Below are positions 51,300-60,292 of a stretch of 64,000 bases of DNA, piece by piece. How positions within the stretch are numbered: the stretch's first letter is position 1; each line of letters opens with the position of its first letter. The notes below the pieces were generated by a model. That model had not been told where the DNA came from. It saw only the letters and a program-made list of their open reading frames with translations, and ran no database searches. The position numbers and the translations under genes are program-made. Origin of the DNA: Candidatus Babeliales bacterium (GTDB lineage Bacteria > Babelota > Babeliae > Babelales > JANWKD01); NCBI GenBank assembly GCA_963762115.1, contig CAVXJH010000006.1, forward strand, positions 256,001-320,000, read 5' to 3'.

Positions 51300-51821
51300 T
51301 TAATTTGATCTTGGCAGGTAGTGTGATATTTGTCTTATATCACGAGTTTCACTGGTTAATCTGCCAAGCATAGCATGATATTTTTCTAAATAATTCATTA
51401 TGACTGGCTCTTGAATTGATTGTCTTTCTAAGTCGCCAACAAAAGAAGTAACGCTACCAAGGATATTATCTACGGCGGTATAAATGTTTAAGTTATATGG
51501 ATTTTTTTCTATTTCTTTAATAATAACATTACTTATTATTTGCAGGGTGAAAGTTTCTTCTTCTAAGTTTTGAGGCATACCGTTTTTCGTTAATTGCATT
51601 TCACTTAAAAGCATTTCATTAAGCGATCTAAAATTGTGTAAATTTTTAGCGACAGCTTGAGATCCTTCTTTGCCAATATCTCGTATCATCCCTACGACTA
51701 AACTAAAGATGTTTTCGGGTTCCTGTTGTTCCATTGCAATGAGTTGAGAGCTGTTATTGGCTATACAAAGTAAGATAAATAAAAAATTAAAAAATGTTTG
51801 CTTCATAGTGGTTACTCTCAC
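51300..51821 (-). CDS. hypothetical exported protein
   Basis: Signal ..SQLIA-MEQ; paralog of 51913..52464. Confidence 0.7.
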   Translation of the reverse strand: MRVTTMKQTFFNFLFILLCIANNSSQLIAMEQQEPENIFSLVVGMIRDIGKEGSQAVAKNLHNFRSLNEMLLSEMQLTKNGMPQNLEEETFTLQIISNVIIKEIEKNPYNLNIYTAVDNILGSVTSFVGDLERQSIQEPVIMNYLEKYHAMLGRLTSETRDIRQISHYLPRSN

Positions 51822-51912
51822 TTTTTTAATTTGGTTTGGCGTGTCATGAGAAACTTATCATGTAAAGTTTTTTATCACAATGCACATTAAACTCAAAATC
51901 TTTGAGTTTTTT

Positions 51913-52464
51913 TTAGTGTAATTTGGGCATGCCCTTAGACATCATTTTGACTCTATTATCAGTGATTGTTAATTTACCAAGCATATTATAATAGTTTTCC
52001 AAATGATTTTTTATTATTGGTTCTTGCTGTGAGTTTTGTTCTAAGTCAGCAATAAAAAAGGTAATGCCTCTAACAGCAGGCCGTAAGCCACCGCTGTAAA
52101 TGATCAAATTTGTTTGATCTTGTTGTATTTTTTCAATTATTTCTTTTATATTTTTTTGTATTGATTCTGTGGTTTCTTTTCTTTTGGGAGAAATATCGCT
52201 TTCTGATAAAAGAGAATCATTTAATGCTACAATTTCATTCAGATGCGCTACTACTATATTTGATTCTTTTTTTGCTTTTTGCAATCCCATTAGCATAGAA
52301 AGAAGTAGTTGAGGTTGATTTTCCATTGACATGAGTTGGGAACTATAACTTCCTGCAACAAGAAACACAAGTAAGAATTTTAGTGATGTTGGCTTCATTA
52401 TATAGTTTACTTTCATTTTTTTAATTTGACCTGTCATAACTATTTGTGGAGCGTAGATTGTCAC
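51913..52464 (-). CDS. hypothetical exported protein
   Basis: Signal ..SQLMS-MEN; shares DLE..S.QEP.I.N.LE.Y..MLG.LT; true start probably an internal Met. Confidence 0.7.
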   Translation of the reverse strand: MTIYAPQIVMTGQIKKMKVNYIMKPTSLKFLLVFLVAGSYSSQLMSMENQPQLLLSMLMGLQKAKKESNIVVAHLNEIVALNDSLLSESDISPKRKETTESIQKNIKEIIEKIQQDQTNLIIYSGGLRPAVRGITFFIADLEQNSQQEPIIKNHLENYYNMLGKLTITDNRVKMMSKGMPKLH

Positions 52465-52564
52465 AGCCTTAAAAAACTGGCTGCGCCAGTCGTAGTTTGC
52501 CGAGGCGGAAGCCTACGCCGTCGCTCTAAAGAGCTATGGCGCACACGGCCGGATAAACGTAGAC

Positions 52565-52641
52565 TGGTGCGCCTATTAGGAGTCGAACCTAAAACCTTCA
52601 GATTCGTAGTCTGACGCTCTATCCAATTGAGCTATAGGCGC
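52565..52641 (-). tRNA. tRNA-Arg(ACG)
   Basis: TCAGA-CTACGAA-TCTGA, GTTCGA, CCA. Confidence 0.95.
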
Positions 52642-52852
52642 ATATATTTCAAAATTAGTTTTAATTTTAGTTTTTTTATTGGCCTTGCCAGCCCAGCCGC
52701 CGCTTATCCACGCCTTCCGGCTTGGCAAGCTTCCACCTTCGTTAAAACTTCGGCGGACAAGATGGCGGGCAGCTTTCGCTATCATTTTTCTAATGTATAT
52801 TTATTTCAATCATTAAAAAAACTGGCATGCCAGCTGAAGCTTTAGCGAAAGC

Positions 52853-52943
52853 TGGTGGAGAGAGAGGGATTCGAACCCTCGCGCCCCATTTCTGGAGCTC
52901 TTGCTTAGCAGGCAAGCGCTTTAAGCCACTCAGCCATCTCTCC
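52853..52943 (-). tRNA. tRNA-Ser(GCU)
   Basis: CTTGC-CTGCTAA-GCAAG, long variable arm, CCA. Confidence 0.95.
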
Positions 52944-53058
52944 CTATGCAATGCAAAGTTCTTCATTAGAATAAAATATTTACTAATTTATGCAAGCAGT
53001 TATATGCTATACAGGGTAATTTTTCTAAAATAAATACATAAATATATGAAATTGATCA

Positions 53059-53364
53059 ATGAGCCTTATTATTTATCTTAAAGTAGTTCCTGCATCCGGC
53101 CAACAAAAATGGGCTATCGGCAAAAATGGTGAGTTAAAAGCATACCTAAAAAATCAACCTGAAAAAGGATTAGCCAACAAAGAACTGATCAAGATGCTTG
53201 CAAAGGCATTAAGGATTCCACAAGATGACGTTCAAATCTTGAGTGGTGATAAGGCGCGTACGAAAAAAATTAAAATTCAAGCATTAATAACCTATGAACA
53301 TTTACTAACAACGTTAGGTCTTGCTTTACCAGATAAGCAATCGTTATTATTTGAATCAAAATAA
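53059..53364 (+). CDS. DUF167/YggU-family protein
   Basis: LKVVP, PEKGLANKELI..LAKAL, SGDKARTK. Confidence 0.85.
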   Translation: MSLIIYLKVVPASGQQKWAIGKNGELKAYLKNQPEKGLANKELIKMLAKALRIPQDDVQILSGDKARTKKIKIQALITYEHLLTTLGLALPDKQSLLFESK

Positions 53365-53395
53365 TACGGTAGATTATAAAAATAAGGAGTGGGAT

Positions 53396-54592
53396 ATGCC
53401 TTTTTTTAAATGGTATGGCATTGATTTAGAAGGCAAAAAACGTTCAGGTTCTATGATTGCCCGATCTGCTTTGCAATTGGACGCTCTGTTGTTGCAAGCA
53501 AATATTGCGTGTTTGGAATCACGGCAGACAAAACCATTTGTGCTTATGTGGCGCGTTCCCTTAGTCACCAAGGTGCAATTTTTTAGACAACTTTCTATCT
53601 TACTGAGTTCGGGTATTTTTCTTGACCAAGCATTAGAACTTTTAATTCATCAAATTGGCAATCGTGCTTTCAAGGCTGTTGTGCAGGATATTTTAGTTTC
53701 AGTGCAGCATGGTATACGTTTAAGTCAGGCAATTATGGATCATAAACTTTTTTTTGATGTGCTTACGATTCATATGATTGAAGTGGGTCAAGAATCGGGT
53801 AAACTTCCTGAGGCGTTAGAGCACCTATGTGCTTATCAGGAAAATATAGTGGTATTCAAGAAACAGTTGCGCAGTGCGGCATTATTGCCCCTGATCACCT
53901 TTGTTTTTTTTCTTGTTATAGCATTGGTTATTTTTATCGCTATTGTGCCTGCTTTTGCTTCATTGTTTCTTTCGACAGGTCAAGCACTTCCTGCCACAAC
54001 GCAAACTATGCTCCAGATTAGCGATTTTCTTCGTCATCCTTGGACATTGATAAGTGCAATTCTCAGTTTGATTGTTGTATTGATAAGTTATTGCTGTTTT
54101 GAGCGGTCATATCTCTATAATAAAATTATGTATTTCCTTTATTATGTTCCTTTTTTGGGTACTTTATCGAGTCAAGCGATGTGTGCCTATTTTTTTCATT
54201 CATTGTATCTGCTTACCCAAACGGGTGTTCATCTTATTACCGGATTATCGGTTGCTCAAGAATCGATGAATAATTCATTGATGAAATCAGTGGTGCAATC
54301 TATAAAGAATGATGTGCAAGAAGGGATTACCATGAGTAATGCTATGCTCAAGCACAAAAGATTTTTCCCCGTGCCTGTTCAGGCATTAATTGCTGTTGGG
54401 CAGGAATCAGCGTGCTTGCCCTTTATGTTTATGCAAGCATCAACATTATATAAAGAACAGGTGAGTCGGAAATTAATGATTATTTCAACGGTATTGCAAC
54501 CGTTACTGATGATTATTATTGGTTTAATGATTACTTTTTTGATATTTGCAGTCTATTTACCGATTTTCAATTTATCGTCGGTGATTAATTAA
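53396..54592 (+). CDS. type II secretion/type IV pilus platform protein (GspF/PilC family)
   Basis: FFRQLSILLSSGI, VGQESGKL, LQPLLMIIIG..YLPIF; start after AAGGAG. Confidence 0.92.
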   Translation: MPFFKWYGIDLEGKKRSGSMIARSALQLDALLLQANIACLESRQTKPFVLMWRVPLVTKVQFFRQLSILLSSGIFLDQALELLIHQIGNRAFKAVVQDILVSVQHGIRLSQAIMDHKLFFDVLTIHMIEVGQESGKLPEALEHLCAYQENIVVFKKQLRSAALLPLITFVFFLVIALVIFIAIVPAFASLFLSTGQALPATTQTMLQISDFLRHPWTLISAILSLIVVLISYCCFERSYLYNKIMYFLYYVPFLGTLSSQAMCAYFFHSLYLLTQTGVHLITGLSVAQESMNNSLMKSVVQSIKNDVQEGITMSNAMLKHKRFFPVPVQALIAVGQESACLPFMFMQASTLYKEQVSRKLMIISTVLQPLLMIIIGLMITFLIFAVYLPIFNLSSVIN

Positions 54593-54611
54593 TGGTTTAT
54601 GAGCCTTTGTA

Positions 54612-55059
54612 TGTCAAAGCAATGTGAAAAGTTCCTATCATTAAAGCGCCTCCACAGCCGGCTTGGCTGGCTTCAGCCTACTCTCGGGTTTTCCGTCGTT
54701 CCACAAATAACTATTCCCGCTAGGTTTTTGTGGAAAAAGATCTCGTTAAAAGAAAGTTTGGTCTCTTTAAACCATAGGCTCAGATGGCCATTTAGGTCAG
54801 TCTTTATAATAATTTTATCCTTAGGTTTAATCTTACCCGCCGATCAGTTATTCTTAACTTGGCAGCGGCTTCAGCTTGGGTAATTATTCTTCGTTTGACC
54901 TGTTCAAATACTTTTGCTTGTTCCCGTTCTTAAGATATTCCATAGAAGTTCCGTGTATTTTTTAGTGTTTTTTTATTTGTTTTTCATATCTAAGATTACA
55001 CTAAAAACCGGAACTTTTTATTTTGCGCAACAATAGGAACTTATCACATTGCGGTAACA
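54612..55059 (-). mobile_element. non-autonomous IS1202/ISNCY-like deletion derivative, copy 1
   Basis: TGT..ACA ends, repeated GCAA.GT.AAAAGTTCC sites, transposase N- and C-terminal remnants. Confidence 0.75.
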
Positions 55060-55150
55060 AAACATACGAAATAAAATATTGAATATTATTACTATATCTT
55101 TATAATAAATATGTTTTGTTATTTATATTTATTAAGTTAAAGGTTGCTAC

Positions 55151-56122
55151 GTGAAAATTAATACTTTTCGGAGAGTAATAATTAGAGCAAATTTAATTCT
55201 TATTATGATGGGTTTTTCTTTTATGCATTGCATGGAAGATAAAACGCTTCTTATTCCTGAGGTTACCACCTTAACTGGAGAAAATATTGATGAAGTGATT
55301 TTAAAAGGTATAGGAAACATTAGGGAAAACGGTGAGCTTTTCGAAGCAAGGGCGGGTTCAGGTCAACAAGCCTATGATGTAAATTATATTTTACTTAATC
55401 CATTAAAGAGAGTTCATACACTAAGGGAGCCTGCTTCTAAAAAATATTTTTGCAGAGAGCTTCTAGCATATTTCAAAGGAAGCTTAAATGTGAATGAAGG
55501 GCTAGTCCAAGCATCAAGTGCATGGAGATTACTTGCTGATAGTGATTGTATGATAAATTCAAATTATGGTTATTATGTTTTTCATCAAAAAATATCTGAA
55601 AATAATAATAATACTCAATACGAATGGGTCATTTCCAACTTAGTCAAAAATTTAGATTCAAGAAAAGCTTTTATTAATATTAATCAGCCTAATCATAAAA
55701 AATTAGATACAAAGGATTACCCTTGTACAATAGGTCTTCAGTTCTTTGTACGTTCACATCGTCTTTGTTGTTCTGTTTCTTCTAGAAGCACAGATATTTA
55801 TACTGGGCTACCATATGATATGGGATTTTTTGCCTTTGTAACAGAGTTAATTTATAAAGACTTAATGCAAAGATTGCCTTCAGAAAAATCTGAAGATCTT
55901 AAGTTAGGGTATGTAACAATGAAAACTAATTTTACACAAATATATGACAAAACAAGAACTCCTGCACTAAGACTATTAGAAAAATTTAATAATAAAGCGC
56001 TTGATTATCAATGCGATATGCCCGAAATACACGATGCTCAAGAAACTTTACGAGATATATATAATGAGACACAGTCAACACCAGTTATGAAATGGATTTA
56101 TAAACATGCTCAAATCAAATAA
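55151..56122 (+). CDS. thymidylate synthase-fold protein, dCMP hydroxymethylase-like
   Basis: SNYG, DSRKA, KDYPCT, QFFVR, RSTD..GLPYD. Confidence 0.85.
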   Translation: MKINTFRRVIIRANLILIMMGFSFMHCMEDKTLLIPEVTTLTGENIDEVILKGIGNIRENGELFEARAGSGQQAYDVNYILLNPLKRVHTLREPASKKYFCRELLAYFKGSLNVNEGLVQASSAWRLLADSDCMINSNYGYYVFHQKISENNNNTQYEWVISNLVKNLDSRKAFININQPNHKKLDTKDYPCTIGLQFFVRSHRLCCSVSSRSTDIYTGLPYDMGFFAFVTELIYKDLMQRLPSEKSEDLKLGYVTMKTNFTQIYDKTRTPALRLLEKFNNKALDYQCDMPEIHDAQETLRDIYNETQSTPVMKWIYKHAQIK

Positions 56123-56498
56123 GAAAGTTATTGCTGGAATTATTGTAAAAGAGAATAAAATTCTTATAGCCCAACGTGCAAAAAAAGATGATCTTTGTGG
56201 AAAATGGGAATTCCCTGGAGGAAAAATGGAATCTGGGGAAACAGAACAAGAATGCTTAAAAAGAGAGCTCTTTGAAGAATTTGGCATTGAAGCCGAAATT
56301 GGTGAATATTTTTGTTCAAGCTATTTTGAATATAAAGATACGCCGATGGAAATGCTTGCATACTATGTTACTTCATTTTCTAATGAATTCATTCTATATG
56401 AGCATAAACAAATTAAGTGGGTTGAAAAAAGAGAATTGCTTCTTTATGATTTTCCTAATCCGGATAAACCAATTATTGCAAAATTATTAGAAAATTAA
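56106..56498 (+). CDS. MutT/NudG-like Nudix hydrolase
   Basis: WEFPGGKMESGETEQECLKRELFEEFGI. Confidence 0.93.
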   Translation: MLKSNKKVIAGIIVKENKILIAQRAKKDDLCGKWEFPGGKMESGETEQECLKRELFEEFGIEAEIGEYFCSSYFEYKDTPMEMLAYYVTSFSNEFILYEHKQIKWVEKRELLLYDFPNPDKPIIAKLLEN

Positions 56499-56523
56499 GT
56501 TCTTAATGAGTTTTCAAATATTT

Positions 56524-56977
56524 TGTCAAAGCAACGTGAAAAGTTCCGGTATTTAGCAAAGTAAAAAGTTCCTATCATTAAAGCGCCTTCACAGCCGGCT
56601 TGGCTGGCTTCAGCCTACTCTCGGGTTTTCCGTTGTTCCACAAATAACTATTCCTGCTAGGTTTTCGTGGAAAAAGATCTCGTTAAAAGAAAGTTTGGTT
56701 TCTTTAAACCATAGGCTCAGATGGCCATTTAGGTCAGTCTTTATAATAATCTTACCCACCGATCAGTTATTCTTAACCTGGCAGCGGCTTCAGCTTGGGT
56801 AATTATTCTTCGTTTGGCCTGTTCAAATACTTTTGCTTGTTCCCGTTCTTAAGATATTCCATAGAAGTTCCGTGTATTTTTGGTGTTCTCTTATTTGTTT
56901 TTCATATCTAAGATTACACTAAAAACCGGAACTTTTTACTTTGCGCAACAATAGGAAATTATCACTTTGCTTTAACA
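56524..56977 (-). mobile_element. non-autonomous IS1202/ISNCY-like deletion derivative, copy 2
   Basis: Direct repeat of 54612..55059 with two end-repeats on each side. Confidence 0.75.
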
Positions 56978-56997
56978 ATAATTTATGAGTCTTTGTA

Positions 56998-57025
56998 TTG
57001 ACAAAAAGGCCCGTTTCGTTAGGCT
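56998..57025 (+). promoter_or_regulatory. sigma70-like promoter for tRNA-Leu
   Basis: TTGACA-N16-TAGGCT. Confidence 0.5.
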
Positions 57026-57058
57026 AATTGATTATAAATATTTTGAAAGAAAAATAGC

Positions 57059-57145
57059 GCCGGGGTGGCGAAACTGGTAGACGCACGGGACTCAAAATCC
57101 CGCGGTTGCAAGACCATGTCGGTTCGAGTCCGACCCCCGGCACCA
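57059..57145 (+). tRNA. tRNA-Leu(CAA)
   Basis: CGGGA-CTCAAAA-TCCCG, variable arm, CCA. Confidence 0.95.
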
Positions 57146-57208
57146 GTCATTTCCTTCAGAAATGCCTGGCAGGCCAGCCCTTTGAAAAGTAGAAGCCAGT
57201 CCTTTTAG

Positions 57209-57565
57209 GTGAGCCCAATGAACAATTTAGATTGCATTTTTTGTCGTATCATTGCAGGTGACATACCAAGCACAAAAATACTTGAAACAGATTCTGTTCT
57301 TGTCATAAAAGATATTGCGCCAAAAGCTCCCATTCATTATCAAATTCTTCCCAAAAAACATATTCAAGATCTTCGTGATTTAACGGTGGAAGATCATGCA
57401 TTAGCAGGAGATTTACTTTTTGCTGCACAAACTCTTGCAAAACAACTTGCATTACCCGGATCATTTAAATTGGTGAGCAATAATGGTAAAGAAGCTGGGC
57501 AAATTATTATGCATGCACATATTCATTTTCTTGCGGATAAACTATATTTCAAGGAATTGGTATGA
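57209..57565 (+). CDS. HIT-family nucleotide-binding protein
   Basis: CIFCRII, DIAPKAPIH, AGQIIMHAHIH. Confidence 0.93.
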   Translation: MSPMNNLDCIFCRIIAGDIPSTKILETDSVLVIKDIAPKAPIHYQILPKKHIQDLRDLTVEDHALAGDLLFAAQTLAKQLALPGSFKLVSNNGKEAGQIIMHAHIHFLADKLYFKELV

Positions 57566-58485
57566 AATTTACTAAAAAAATTATAAAAATTACTGTTATT
57601 GGTGTTCTCTTATCAGTAGTTTTTTTGGCATTGATTTCTTATGGCATTGTTAAACGTTTTACTTCGCGGCGTTCGCGTGATGTTGCATGGTATATAAAAA
57701 CTAATTTATATAAACAAGCGTTATGTCAAAAATATTCTGGAGAAGAATTAAAATTTAGTTCAAAAGATGGTCTTTCTCTTGCAGGTCTTTTATTTATTAG
57801 GCAAAAAGCACAGTACAATTTATTGGTTTGCCATGGTTATTCTCGGCATAAAGAAGATGTTCGCCGCCTTGTAGAGCTTTTTCCTGATGAAAATATTATG
57901 TTTTTTGATTATCGTGCCCATGGTGCAAGTGAAGGAGCAAGCACCACTATTGGCGCACATGAAATATTAGATGTTTTAGCTGCTCATTCTGTTTTGCAAA
58001 CACATGAAAAAACAAAAAGTTTACCCATTGTTGGCATTGGTTTTTCTATGGGTGGTGCAACACTACTTGGTGCTGCTGTGCAAGGAGCACAGTTCAAAGG
58101 GTTAGTTATTGATTCTGTGTTTAAGCGTTTAGATGAGCAAATTACAAAAATGTTTACTCATAAAACTGGTTTGCCTGCAATGCCTTTTGCGCAACTATGT
58201 CAATCAATGTATGCCTATTTATTTGATTGGCAGATGAGTGATGTAAATCCTTATGAATGGATACAACAATTGCAAATGCCCATGCTTATTATTCATGCAA
58301 AAAATGATACGTTAGCTGATGCAACTATTGCTGATGAGCTTTTTGCCGCGAAATCTGGTCAAAAAAAACTTTGGATCGTTGACGAAGCGCCTCATGCCAC
58401 CATTTTTAAACATTATCCTCTTGAATATACCGCTCACATTAATGCTTTCTTGAGTTCATTATCTGAACAATCACTAACTGTTTAG
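57562..58485 (+). CDS. membrane-anchored alpha/beta hydrolase
   Basis: CHGY, DYRAHGAS, GFSMGG, IIH..D, H. Confidence 0.9.
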   Translation: MKFTKKIIKITVIGVLLSVVFLALISYGIVKRFTSRRSRDVAWYIKTNLYKQALCQKYSGEELKFSSKDGLSLAGLLFIRQKAQYNLLVCHGYSRHKEDVRRLVELFPDENIMFFDYRAHGASEGASTTIGAHEILDVLAAHSVLQTHEKTKSLPIVGIGFSMGGATLLGAAVQGAQFKGLVIDSVFKRLDEQITKMFTHKTGLPAMPFAQLCQSMYAYLFDWQMSDVNPYEWIQQLQMPMLIIHAKNDTLADATIADELFAAKSGQKKLWIVDEAPHATIFKHYPLEYTAHINAFLSSLSEQSLTV

Positions 58486-58500
58486 ATAATTTTTTTATTT

Positions 58501-60063
58501 TTATCCTTGGAAAATTTCTTCACTATGCTCCAAATGCATCTCATCATCAGTATGTATAAAAGATAAACCAATTAAGATAATCTGTTTGCCGCTGGAAAGA
58601 TATCGTTCATAATATTTTTTATCTTTAATTTGTTGTAAGGCGACTTGTGGTTTTTTGTTAATCTTAAGTTCAAAGATGTAGATGGTAGTTTTGGTGATTA
58701 AAACGGTGTCGATTCTTCCTGTGTTGGTTAAAATTTCTGATTGCGACTCAAGGGATAGAAGCCGTAATAAAAATTGGAATAATGCATGGTAATAGCTTTC
58801 TTTGAGGATAGAATAGGGGATATGAGCAAAAAGATTTTGTAGGGTGTTAAAGAACAAATTGAGATCGTTATTTTTCAAAGCAATACGAAATTTACCGATT
58901 GCAGTATCAACATTTGAAATAGAAGTTTGGGATAATGTTGTCACGATAAATTTTGTGAATGATTCTTTAACTTCGAAATTTGGAAAACCAAGTTTAAACA
59001 TACCGGTTTCTTCATTAAAATCTTTAATAGTGAGATATCCTGTTTGAAAAAGTAGAGGGACAAGGGGGATATCATTCAATTCAAAGGTACCAAAGCTTTC
59101 GGGAGAAAGTTCGGTTTCTTCTACGTTTTCAATATATTCATAGTCTTTCTTGAGCAATGTTATGAGAAAAGTTGGTGTGCCAGAGGCATACCAATAGTTT
59201 TGAAACTCTTTATCGTGAAGGCAATAAAGTATTGAAAAAGGATTATATACCTTAGTAATTAGTTTTGAAAATCTATAGCCATTATACCATCGGGTGAGTA
59301 ATTGCATTATTTCTTCAGGAGATTTATTATTTTTTTGTGCAAATTCTTCATAATAATCGTGTAAATAATGTTGTATTTCATCATGAGTGTAACCTAACAG
59401 TTGTGCTGCTTCAGGTTTCAGAGAAATATCGTTTAAGTTATTGATACCTGAAAAAACTGATGTTTTTGCAAATTTACTAACACCGGTAAGAAAAACAAAA
59501 TGTAAATGGCGCTCAAGGCTTTTAATGGTTGTATAAAAACTTCTTAAAATAGCTTGAAATTTGGAAGCTTCTTCAAAGCTTTGAATATGGTCAATAATTG
59601 GTTTATCATATTCATCAATAAGTATTACAATTTTGTTTGCGTCTTTGCTGAGTCCTTTAACTAATGCTGTTAACGTTTCTTCAGGGGTAGTAATATCGCT
59701 GGGAAGAATTATGTTATGTTCAATGGCTATTGTTTTTAAATGGCGATTAAGCGCTGATCTAAATTCATCTGTGGTTAAATGTGGTATTTGAGAAAAATCA
59801 ATTTCAATTATCGGATATTTTTCCCATGTATAATCACTGTTGCCGATCCAAAGATGGTTAAATAACTTTTTGTTTCCTAGAAAAATTTCTTTTAATGTTG
59901 AAATAAGAAGAGATTTGCCAAAGCGTCGAGGTCGAGAAAGAAAATAAAATCCCTTATTTTTGACTAGGTTATAAATTTGTTCAGTTTTATCAATATAAAC
60001 ATAGTTCTCTTGGACCATTTCAGGTAAATTACTTATAAAAATTGGTAATCGTTTCATTGGCAT
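58501..60063 (-). CDS. AAA-ATPase-like protein with C-terminal PD-(D/E)XK nuclease
   Basis: YIDKT, SRPRRFGKS, LIDEYDKP, WYNGY, GRID..IFELK..ALQQI..KKY. Confidence 0.9.
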   Translation of the reverse strand: MPMKRLPIFISNLPEMVQENYVYIDKTEQIYNLVKNKGFYFLSRPRRFGKSLLISTLKEIFLGNKKLFNHLWIGNSDYTWEKYPIIEIDFSQIPHLTTDEFRSALNRHLKTIAIEHNIILPSDITTPEETLTALVKGLSKDANKIVILIDEYDKPIIDHIQSFEEASKFQAILRSFYTTIKSLERHLHFVFLTGVSKFAKTSVFSGINNLNDISLKPEAAQLLGYTHDEIQHYLHDYYEEFAQKNNKSPEEIMQLLTRWYNGYRFSKLITKVYNPFSILYCLHDKEFQNYWYASGTPTFLITLLKKDYEYIENVEETELSPESFGTFELNDIPLVPLLFQTGYLTIKDFNEETGMFKLGFPNFEVKESFTKFIVTTLSQTSISNVDTAIGKFRIALKNNDLNLFFNTLQNLFAHIPYSILKESYYHALFQFLLRLLSLESQSEILTNTGRIDTVLITKTTIYIFELKINKKPQVALQQIKDKKYYERYLSSGKQIILIGLSFIHTDDEMHLEHSEEIFQG

Positions 60064-60292
60064 GTTTCATAATTTTTTGGCTCAAATTTTGACTTCCGTA
60101 CAAAGATTATCATAAGCGAATAATTATAAAAAGGCATTTTTAAACATCGTCCCTATTTATTTGCTTTTTGATATGGTTATTAACGTTATATTGATTTTGT
60201 TATGCTATTTTTTTTATACTAAATAATAATAATTGAAATAATTGATTTTATTTGTTTGTTTTAAAAATAAAAAAAGTATAAGAAAGTTGGCA

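Noticed and set aside
52426..53033. Short ORFs overlapping tRNAs and repeats
   Set aside because: Spurious translations of tRNA and GC-rich repeat sequence.
54599..54883. 94-aa + strand ORF
   Set aside because: Antisense to the transposase remnant and not preserved intact in copy 2.
55003..55059. dif/pdif site or IS21 ends
   Set aside because: No XerD-arm consensus; the protein remnants and long duplication fit IS1202/ISNCY better.
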